A stretch of DNA of 64,000 nucleotides from Anthoceros angustus (Eukaryota; Plantae; Anthocerotophyta), in the NCBI GenBank assembly GCA_010909165.1, contig VJWM01000011.1, positions 868,001 through 932,000 of the forward strand, read 5' to 3'. How positions within the stretch are numbered: the first letter of the stretch is position 1; the number at the start of each line of letters is the position of its first letter. Of the stretch, positions 48,301-58,099 are shown piece by piece. The position numbers were made by a program, and so were the translations under genes. The notes beneath the pieces were generated by a model. It was not told where the DNA came from, searched no databases, and saw only the letters and a list, made by a program, of their open reading frames with translations.

Positions 48301-51300
48301 AAGTTGGAAAGATGTGTGTATACGCAGCCTTATAGAGGAAAAGCTACAACAACGTATTAGCATTGGCCCCAATTCCCAATATTTGTGAGCAGACCCGTAC
48401 ATGTACAAAGATGGGCTGAGGATCAACAAGGTATGCCAATCATTTCTGAGAAGTTTAGTGAGTTGTTTTAGCACATGTAAGGTGGCAGCATCCACTCATC
48501 TCGGAGGATTATGAAGATTTCTTAGAGACTTCATGGACAAAAGAGGATAGCTGGAAAGTAGTAGCATCATATCTCAAGGATTCAGGGGAGATCATATATT
48601 TTCAGATGTCGGAACTGATGGTCATCAATCTCCAATGGCTAGGAATGGGAGTTTTGGTCAGCTGATTAGTATATTTGGTGAACGGACAATAGCAGATTGG
48701 CTTCAAGTTCAAAATGGGTTTATCAGCAAATATGGGTTGAGTAGCCTTCTAAAATGTCTTTGAACAAGGTAGGGCTTGATGAAACCATTGTGAGCGAGGA
48801 AAAATTCATCCAACTGATGTGTGAGTTGCACCTTTGCATGAAAGTGGAGATGAGGAAGGAGAAGTGCGTTATTTTGTTCCAATATGTATGTATAAAGAAG
48901 AAGATTTATTAGGAGTTGATCAGCTTAGTATGGCCTTCACACGGTGGTAATCTTCATGATTATATCTTTATGGGTTTGCGTCTACAATGTGATGATCAAG
49001 ATTGTACATTCCTCACACCAGGATTTTTCCCTAGGTTACAGGTTGTAACTTTTCTCAAGTTGAATATCTTTTGTTTTATGTCCTGAAACTTCTTCTTTGT
49101 TTTATTATTATTAACTAGTCTCATTGTTCCTATATATTGTAGGTACTTTTATACACATATTGTTTGAAAATGAAGTGGGTTGATGAGGATAGACGAGGTG
49201 ATTCAGGAATAAAACTACAGCCTAATGTCCTTTTAATATCTGCAGAGGCAATGGATATCTTTGTGGAATTTAATGCCAAAGTGGGTTGTTACATAGATAT
49301 ATTGGCCCGATCTACTCAAGGCTATTTAGAGTCCATGTCATTTTGAAGGAACATATTGTATCTCGATTCGGGCATTTTGTGCTTCGCATGAGGGTTGTGC
49401 AGGGGTCACACTAGTTGAAGGTGTTCTTCGACATGAATGTGTAGCGTCCCTCACTCTATGCAGATACAGGAGATACGAGTGTATCCTGACGAACGAGCTA
49501 GTTGAAAGGGTGGCTGCTGCAAAAGATCAACGTCGTGCACACTCCACGCAATCTTGGAAGCCTGTTAGCGACAGCAACACCCTGGGCGATCCAATCATTT
49601 TAAAGGCCAACCATGAGTATGCAACGGTGGTGGATGGCCATGTCATTTTGGGACGAAAAGAGGACCTTGCCAAAGCCGAAGCAGAGTTCCAAGGTTTGAA
49701 GCTCTCAATTCTGTGGATAGTTTGTGTTGCAGTAGGTGTCCTTCTTCTCTTCACAAGTAGTTTCTAAGTAGCTTTGCACAAGTAGGCCGTTTCTTGCATA
49801 CTCTAAGGCTATACCTGTTGCAGGATTGAAATCCAGTAGTAGTTGCTTTGGTGGAACTCCTACACAGCTATCCCCGCAAGTAGGGAAGCTTGTGCGAAAG
49901 AGCAACTTGTTGAGTAGCCTTCTAAAATGTCTTTGAACAAGGTAGGGCTTGATGAAACCAATGTGAGCGAGGAAAAATTCATCCAATTAATGTGTGAGTT
50001 GCACCTTTGCTATGAAAGTGGAGATGTGGACGGAAAAACTCAATATTTTGTTCCAATAAGTATGTATAAAGAAGAAGATTTATTAGGAGTTGATCAACAG
50101 TTAGTATGGCCTTCACAGAGTCTGGATCATGATTATATCTTTATGGGTTTGCGTTTACAATGTGATGATCAAGATTGTACATTCCTCACACCAGGATTTT
50201 TTCCTAGGTTACAGGTTCGTAACTTTTCTAAAGTTGAATATCTTTTGTTTTATGTCCCTGAAAACTTATTCTTTAGTTTTTATCATTATTAACTACTGAC
50301 TAGTCTCATTGTTCCTATATATTGTAGGTTTTTTATACAAATATTGTTTGAAAATGAAGTGGGTTGATGAGGATAGACGAGGTGATTCAGGAATAAAACT
50401 ACAGCCTAATGTCCTTTTAATATCTGCAGAGGCAATGGATATCTTTGTGGAATTTAATGCCAAAGTGGGTTGTTACATAGATATATTGGCCCGATCTACT
50501 CAAGGCTATTTAGAGTCATGTCATTTTGAAGGAACATATTGTATCTCGATTCGGGCATTTTGTGCTTCGTATGAGGGTTGTGCAGGTCACATTGGTTGAA
50601 GGTGTTCTTCGACATGAATGTGGCATCCCTCACTCTATGCGACATAGGAGACACGAGTGTATCGACATAAGCTAGTTGAAAGCGGTGGCTGCAAAGGATC
50701 CGTCTGCACACTCCACGCAATCTTGGAGCGCACTGGGCGATCACTATTTTAAAGGCCAACCGAGAGTATGCAACGGTGGTGGATGGCCGCGTCATTTTGG
50801 GACAAAAAGAGGACCTTGCCAAAGCCGAAGCAGAGTTCCAAGGTTTGAAGCTCTCAATTCTGTGGATAGTTTGTGTTGCACTAGGTGTCCTTCTTCTCTT
50901 CACAAGTAGTTTCTAAGTAGCTTTGCACAAGTAGGCCGTTTCTTGCATACTCTAAGGCTATACCTGTTGCAGGATTGAAATCCAGTAGTAGTTGCTTTGG
51001 TGGAACTCCTACACAGCTATCCCCGCAAGTAGGGAAGCTTGTGCGAAAGAGCAACTTGATTTGAGTAGTTATCCTAACTCTAGCAGTATGGAAGAAGGTA
51101 ATCGAAGAGGTTTGGCAGTGGTTGTGAGTGCGGAAGAGGACAGACCGGGAGGATCTGTAGACAGAGGGCGACTTGATTTTCTTTTCAACACATTGGGCTT
51201 TCATACTGATTTTTAGTGGACAGTTCTGACAGTGTCAAAGCACACATGAGGAAAGTTGCCGATCTCTCTGCCCTTGAAAAGGACGATTGCTTTGTGTGTT

Positions 51301-51848
51301 GCATCAATGCTCATGGGGGGATTGAAGAAAATGGCAGAGACTACATTGAAATTGGAAAACCACCCCGGGAGAAGCTATATGTTTACGATGACATCGTGAA
51401 GCCCATTTGTGAATCCAAGTGGTTGAAAGACAAGCCTAAGGTGTTTCTGATCAATGCTTGTCGAGCCATCCAAAGTGGGAAAGCTAAGGACTCTGAAGTC
51501 GAGGGTAGCCAAATTGTGAGTGAGAGAGCCGGAGAAGATCTACGCCTGCTTTCTGAGAAGGATTGTCTCACCTTCTTCTCGACCAGTCATGGACAACAAT
51601 CGTTCAGAGATGTCAACAATGGCTCAAACTTTATCATAGCTTTGATGGAAGCCATCATTCAGGGGTCGGAAAGAAAGGATGATATGTTCAGCATTTTAAC
51701 ATCAGTGATTGCCAAGGTCACGGAGATGCCATGTTGGCTCCGAAATCAAGAAGGGTCCTATGAGAAGATACCCCAGTGTCCGGTGTTTTCCTCCACACTC
51801 ACGAGAAAGCTTTGGTGGTGGCCTCGGTGTGGCCATGTTCCTTCATAA
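39346..51848 (+). CDS. Giant TORNADO1-like ROCO protein: (LRR module)x6 - Roc GTPase - COR (duplicated) - caspase (peptidase C14A-like); frameshifted in this assembly
   Basis: ATG at 39346 (MADPSLPAG), then RI-like LRR modules. The Roc has P-loop CGFPYAG|KTT across intron 47637-47792, G2 RTLG, G3 WDLAGHQEFHALHD and YWLKFIASNS...VVVTFGDK. The COR has GLRLQCDDQDCTFLTPGFFPRLQV, a TRN1-like motif. The C-terminus is a caspase. All parts are on one strand and colinear. A continuous frame requires correcting many 1-2 nt indels. Confidence 0.75.
39420..45970 (+). repeat. Five tandem ~1.3-kb coding repeats (each ~430 aa of ribonuclease-inhibitor-like LRRs)
   Basis: Units start at about 39420, 40740, 42075, 43370 and 44705. 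Each runs LRALLADLES...VRLRLLTA.G.CRSLR.I.LN...GAQHLADIL...GMDEEGAVVIAQAL...EDDDMDP...ISIKGTSWE. A diverged sixth unit lies at about 46330-47560. Confidence 0.95.
47590..48300 (+). other. Roc (Ras of complex proteins) GTPase domain
   Basis: GxxxxGKT split by an intron (GFPYAG/KTT), RTxG switch I, WDLAG G3, and a TFGDK G4-like motif. Confidence 0.88.
48737..51068 (+). repeat. ~1.17-kb tandem duplication of the COR-coding region
   Basis: 48737-49910 matches 49911-51068. TTGAGTAG occurs at both ends and the junction. The copies differ by real substitutions (GDEEGEVRYF vs GDVDGKTQYF). Confidence 0.93.
51061..51848 (+). other. Caspase (CASc, p20+p10) catalytic domain
   Basis: RGLAVVV...DRPGGSVDRGRLDFLFNTLGF; DCFVCCINAHG (His codon 51312); LKDKPKVFLINACRA (Cys codon 51459); DCLTFFSTSHGQQSFRDVNNGSNFIIAL; ILTSV; PQCPVFSSTLTRKLWW. 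One -1 indel lies in a T-run at about 51210. Confidence 0.92.
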
Positions 51849-52435
51849 TAACCGGATTGTAATAGAATCATCGTTCCCAGCAAGACACTGTTGGTGCAGC
51901 GAATTGCTTCTAATATGGTCTTCTCATTTGTCCTTTTCTGTTCATTTCTTATTTAGGTTCGCACACAATTTGGATGATAAACGACTCCTTCTGTGGATGA
52001 ACCTGTAGGTGAGAGCTCATGGACTGTAAGGAGGAAAGAATGAGGGAGTTGTGGAGCTGTAGTTTAAGAAAGCAAGTCCAGATTTAAGCGTTCCTCTTAT
52101 CGAATGACTTCTAGTCCTTTTGCATACAAGATGTGTGTTCCATCTTCCTGAGCAGTCCATGCATGAACAGGATGTCCCTCACTTAAATCGCGTCTGAGGC
52201 TTGCCATCCTGTCCCTCACTTAAATCACGTCCGAGGCTTGCCTTTCTTTCACGAGGACAAAAGACAGAGCGCGGACAGTAGGTCATATGGTGCCAAACCA
52301 TCGTCTCCGGTGTTAGGGCTATGGAATTTTCGCTGTTGAAATCTGGATTAGGTTACTTTTCATGCATCACCGACAACACGAACTTGTTTGTAAGGTAGTG
52401 CTGTCCTTCCGGTTGTGCTGACGTCATCCATCATC

Positions 52436-54005
52436 TGCATGTATGCTGCCTGCGGGAGGTTGGAGGATGCGTTGCAGGTTTTTAATGGATTGGCTGCTCC
52501 CAATTCTTATTCGTGGTCCTCCATAACGGAAGCAGATGTTGGCAATGTACAGGCCAGGCAGGCAATCGAGATCTATTTGAGGATGCGACAGTCATCCCCT
52601 ATGCTGGCAGATAATCATCTGTTTGTGGCAACACTTAAGGCTTGAGCCAGTGCAGAAGATCTGACATCAAGGAGACAGGTCCATGTCGATGTCCTGAATA
52701 GTGTGCTTGAGCCTGATGTATTTGTCAGGAGCTGCCTGGAGGAAATGTATGCAAGATGTGGGAGGTTGGATGATGCTCGCACGATCTTTGACAAGTTGGA
52801 CTGGAGAATGTGGTCACATGGAATACGCTGCTTGGAGGGTATGCAGGGTGGGCGTGGGCAAGAAGCCCTTGCGCTCTATGCAAGTATGCAAGAGGAGGGA
52901 ATCACTCTACCTGACCCTGTCACGTTTTTGTGCCTCCTCAAAGCATGTGGTAGCAGTGGAACACAACACCAGGGAGTGCAGCTTCATTCACAAATACAGG
53001 AAGCAGGTCTCGGATCTGAGGTGATGGTGGGAAGCTGCCTCGTAGATATGTATGCAAGATGTGGAAGCTTGGATGATGCCCGGACTGCCTTTGACAACAT
53101 GACCAGAAGAAATGTGGTGACCTGGAACGTGATGCTCGCAGCATATGCTGATCGTGGGCTAGGTGAAGAAGCCCTGTCTCTTTATGCAACAATGCAACAA
53201 GAGGACGTTACTTCAGCAGATGACATAACTTTTGTGTGCATTCTGAAAGCATGTAAAAGCATCGGGCCATTGGAGCAGGGAAGGCAGCTACATGACAAGT
53301 TTCAGGAGATGGGGCTGCAAGTTGACGTGGTCATTTCGAGCTGCCTGGTGGACATATATGCAAACTGTGGAAGCTTAGAGGATGCCCGCAGGGTGTTTGA
53401 CGAGTCAGCCACAAGAGATGGCAGTGTATGGTCAGCACGGGATGGGTCAGGAAGCTCTCATGTGCTACGACAAAATGGTGGTGGTAGGCATCTGGTGTGG
53501 GAAGGTTTGCAGTACTTCAAATCCATGAACAGATATCACGGGATAGCTCCCAGAGCTGAGCACTATGTCTGTATGATAGATCTCCTGGGACGTGCTGGAC
53601 GCTTCAAAGTGGTAGAAGAGCTCTTGTCAAGTATGCCGATGCAGCCTACTCTTTCCTTTCCATGTTGATGTCTCTGCTGGGCTTCCTGCAGGAAGCACAG
53701 TAATGTATCTCTCGCGGAGAACAAGTCTTCGATCTGGCGGTGCGTCTGCAGCCCACAAATGCCGCAGCATACATGTTGATGTCATAGATGTACGCTGATG
53801 CGGGCCTTCCAGAGGACGCCCATAGGGTGGACAAGCGCAGGAAGACGGAAAGTGCTGCGTGGAAAGAGCCAGGCTGGAGCTGGATAGCGCATCCCGAGAA
53901 AGTGTATGACATGTTAGCCGAGGTAACCTGTAAGCTTAAGGAGGCAGCACAGGCAAAGCAGAGCGTGTGCTCGGTATCCTCATCTCTGTCCGAGGGTCCC
54001 TCATG
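52436..54005 (+). pseudogene. Second copy of the PLS-class PPR (E-type) gene, with stops and deletions
   Basis: Paralogous to 36760-38650. Motifs include MVGSCLVDMYARCGSLDDARTAFDNMTRRNVVTWNVML, PRAEHYVCMIDLLGRAG and KEPGWSWI. In-frame TAA and TAG stops occur in the E domain. Confidence 0.85.
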
Positions 54006-54019
54006 ATGCGTCCCTCTGC

Positions 54020-56107
54020 CCTCTACTACGTGCAGGTCTTGGGAAATGGATGGTGAGCATTGCTTCTGGGAGGCTACGTGCATCCACGCAAAGACAGCTC
54101 ACCTTGAGAGCATCAGGTGGCACAGGAATATACCTGTTCTGTTGCACATAGCAGTCTTGGTGAGATGAAAGAGCATTGCTTGACGTGGTGAAAAACGAGC
54201 CCAGCAAACAGTGTACGGATTCGGGCTGGACATCTCGCCTCCTTGAAACTATGGAATTCAGAGACAGCTTGTCAGGAGTCGGTCTCATCCGGTTCCTTTC
54301 ATGGACGAAAGAGAGAGATTGCAGTGGCACTCCTGAGGCTGAAAGCCACTCACAAGGCAGCCGACGAAGCACAGAAAAATGTAGTCCGAAACCACTGATG
54401 TCAGGAATGCCTTGTCGTGCAAAGTCTACAGTGTACACAGGTGTGTAACAAGTGGCTAGAGAGGCGGCTTCGCAGGCGTGCAGAAGTTGCTCCACTGCAC
54501 GCTTCTCCGCGCCGCTGGCCAGCACTGGGCCAGCAGGTGTGGATTCGAGTCTCTCTGGAGTGGGATGTTGTGGGTTCTGCTTGGCTTCTTTTGCAAGTCC
54601 TCCTGACAAGGTGGGACGTTGTTGTGAAGGTTGGGCTATGGCGGATCCATCTCTTCCTGCCGGCGCCGCGCCGGTGGACCTGTTGCAGAGCCTCGAGTCC
54701 CGCTCGCCGCAGCTGCGTGCTTTGCTTGCAGACCTGGAGTCCTCCTGCCGTCTGTCGATTCGTGGGAAGCTACTTCAATTGTGACTGCGAGGACGGGGAA
54801 TGTCACCACCGCGAGGAATGGCACTGGGAGGTGCGCTTGCGTCTGCTCACAGCTATGGGCAGATGCGGGTCGGTCAGGAGGATTCGACTGAATCCTCTGC
54901 GGAAGAGGGTCACAGCGTGAGGCAGGACGAGGCGGTGGCGCTCTTATCAGGCTTGCAACACAACCTTGGGCTGAGGGAGCTGGATCTGTTTGGCTACAAG
55001 GGTTTTGGGACGGCAGCAGCCTGCCTGCAGTTGAGTGCCATCATGGACAGAACTCATCCCCCTCTACTACGTGCAGGTCTTGGGAAATGGATGGTGAGCA
55101 TTGCTTCTGGGAGGCTACGTGCATCCACGCAAAGACAGCTCACCTTGAGAGCATCAGGTGGCACAGGAATATACCTGTTCTGTTGCACATAGCAGTCTTG
55201 GTGAGATGAAAGAGCATTGCTTGACGTGGTGAAAAACGAGCCCAGCAAACAGTGTACGGATTCGGGCTGGACATCTCGCCTCCTTGAAACTATGGAATTC
55301 AGAGACAGCTTGTCAGGAGTCGGTCTCATCCGGTTCCTTTCATGGACGAAAGAGAGATTGCAGTGGCACTCCTGAGGCTGAAAGCCACTCACAAGGCAGC
55401 CGACGAAGCACAGAAAAATGTAGTCCGAAACCACTGATGTCAGGAATGCCTTGTCGTGCAAAGTCTACAGTGTACACAGGTGTGTAACAAGTGGCTAGAG
55501 GCGGCTTCGCAGGCGTGCAGAAGTTGCTCCACTGCACGCTTCTCCGCGCCGCTGGCCAGCACTGGGCCAGCAGGTGTGGATTCGAGTCTCTGGAGTGGGA
55601 TGTTGTGGGTTCTGCTTGGCTTCTTTTGCAAGTCCTCCTGACAAGGTGGGACGTTGTTGTGAAGGTTGGGCTATGGCGGATCCATCTCTTCCTGCCGGCG
55701 CCGCGCCGGTGGACCTGTTGCAGAGCCTCGAGTCCCGCTCGCCGCAGCTGCGTGCTTTGCTTGCAGACCTGGAGTCCTCCTGCCGTCTGTCGATTCGTGG
55801 GGAAGCTACTTCAATTGTGACTGCGAGGACGGGGAATGTCACCACCGCGAGGAATGGCACTGGGAGGTGCGCTTGCGTCTGCTCACAGCTATGGGCAGAT
55901 GCGGGTCGGTCAGGAGGATTCGACTGAATCCTCTGCGGAAGAGGGGTCACAGCGTGAGGCAGGACGAGGCGGTGGCGCTCTTATCAGGCTTGCAACACAA
56001 CCTTGGGCTGAGGGAGCTGGATCTGTTTGGCTACAAGGGTTTTGGGACGGCAGCAGCCTGCCTGCAGTTGAGTGCCATCATGGACAGAACTCATCCCCCA
56101 CTCTACT
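54020..56107. repeat. ~1.04-kb direct tandem duplication (upstream region plus first part of LRR gene)
   Basis: 54020-55060 matches 55061-56107. CTCTACT occurs at both ends and the junction. Confidence 0.93.
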
Positions 56108-56600
56108 CCCTCGGTCTGCAATATGTGGAATTGAGTGCAGAAGGCCTGGGTACCATCGCTGCAGCCCTTGGACGCAATGTCATCTTATCAGAGTCTGGAA
56201 GCCACAGTGGGCTGTCCGCATTGTCTCTGTGTGGGAAGGACATCGGGAATGTTGTCGGGGCGCAACACTTGGCCGACATCCTTACCAACTCGCCCAACCT
56301 CCGCAGACTCTCAATGAGCAACATAGGTATGGACGAGGAAGGAGCCGTGGTGATTGCACAGGCCCTGGCGCATACCACCACACTGGCCGAGCTCACAATC
56401 GGAGATCCTGCGCCCTGGAATCCAATGTGGCCACGTGGAGTACGCTGCTTGCAGATTAATGCTCAGGGCGGCCGTGGGCAAGAAGCCCTTGCCCTCCATG
56501 CTAGGATGCAAGAGGAGGGAATCCGTCTGCCTGGTCAGCCATGTCATGTTTGTGTGCCTCCTAAACGCATAGAGCCCTACACCAGGGGCGGCAGCTTCAT
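54638..56600 (+). pseudogene. Truncated paralogues of the ROCO LRR N-terminus (starts at 54638 and 55673); the second is fused to a PPR fragment
   Basis: Identical MADPSLPAGAAPVDLLQSLESRSP start. LRR homology stops at about 56424, where PPR-derived sequence (NVATWSTLLA / QGGRGQEALALHARMQEEGI) begins. Confidence 0.85.
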
Positions 56601-58099
56601 TCACAAATTTATGAAGCAGGAGTGGGATGAAAGAGCGGATTCTCGACAAAGCAGGTGCTTGACTCCGATGTGAGATGAAAGAGCGGAAGATGCGTCACGT
56701 TTCTGAATCCAGTTCGCAGTGTTCAGTACGGATAGGATGGATAACACGAATTCCTGACCAGACATCTCCTTGCAAGAATGTATCCTTTCCTGGAAGGCCC
56801 AGTCATCCACGAGACATAGTTGGTAGTGGAGCTGTCCTCCCAAGTCCGAACCCCTTGCTCCACTCACAAGATGCTGCATGCCTCCGGTTGTCTGTTGACA
56901 GGAATCTTCTTGACTATACTGCGGGCTTGGTGGTGAGAGATTGAAAGAGCGGTGCTTGACAGACTCGGCAAAGAGATGAACTCTTCAAGTTCTGATCCCG
57001 GTTCAGAGTGTACTGTACGGATTGGGTGAACAATATGGAATTCGGACAACACCTGGCAGCGATTCATCCCTTGATGGAAGACCGGTTGCCACCAGAGACA
57101 TCGTAGTGGAGCCCTCCTCCGAAGTTGAACCCCTTTCTCCACTCACGAGATTCTGCAGGCCTCGTACTGTATGTATGTAACCTGCACACGTAGTGAGATG
57201 TTGACTTGAATGAATTACGAGGACTGGTTGTGAAAGTGTATTTTTGAAGCTTTTGGCTGCAGATTTGAGGTGCTTAGGCAGGGAGGTACATGGGAGGGAA
57301 ATTTGAATGGTCAGCCTGAGTCAAAGCCTACAGAACGACTCTCTGCTTCTTTCCCAGTAGAGGAGGCACTACATCAATTTCCATATTTGCTGCTGTCCCA
57401 GCCATAATTCTCATAGCAAATTTGTCGTTGAACGGTTCAAGTGTGGAAGCGTCTCTTCTCATAGCCCTGCACTAAGCATATCAGGCTTTAAACTCTGCCA
57501 AGCAGACGTCCAATACGAATTGCAAATGTTCATTACATATACCTACCAGAACAGATCGGCGGGGCCGATAAACATGTATTGCTTCATCCTTCATCCGGGT
57601 GTGCGCAGGGCCGCAGGCTGCATCCGATTTATTTGCGAAGCATCTCCAGGGCTGGTAGGCTGGTTGGAGCGCATCCAAATCTGGTTGGACCAGAGCCCGG
57701 TCCTCATTTCCTTTATCAGCGCCACCACATACTGCGACAATAAGCTCACCATTGTGGTGCTGCTGTGGAAATGCGCAGAGGAAACAAATGATGTTTGATG
57801 CCTTTGCTCTTCATTGAAATGTAACCAGCGTACCTAAGGCTCGCTATACACGTATGTACACCTAGTCTACTTCAAAGTGATAAAGTGATTGCTGCCGGCA
57901 GTTCAGCGTGTGCAAGCACTGATTGCTTTCTGAAGATCGCAGGCCCTGTAAGGAATGGAAGCCGGCTTTTGGGACGGATGGACAGGGTGGACAATATCGA
58001 AATCAGACAACACCTCGCAGGGGTTCGTCCTTCCCTGGAAGGCCCCGCCGTCCACAAGAGACATAGTAGGCCGGGGAGCCCTCCTCCGAAATCCCCAGC

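Noticed and set aside
49700-49767. Transmembrane helix ILWIVCVAVGVLLLF after COR
   Set aside because: It falls inside the predicted intron (GT after CAAG to TTGCAG) in both COR copies, so it is probably not translated. cDNA would settle this.
51061-51848. Ordinary plant metacaspase
   Set aside because: It lacks the YSGHG and DxCHSG motifs and the acidic S1 residues, and instead has caspase-type KPK.F...ACR, S.R...GS and STL.KL motifs.
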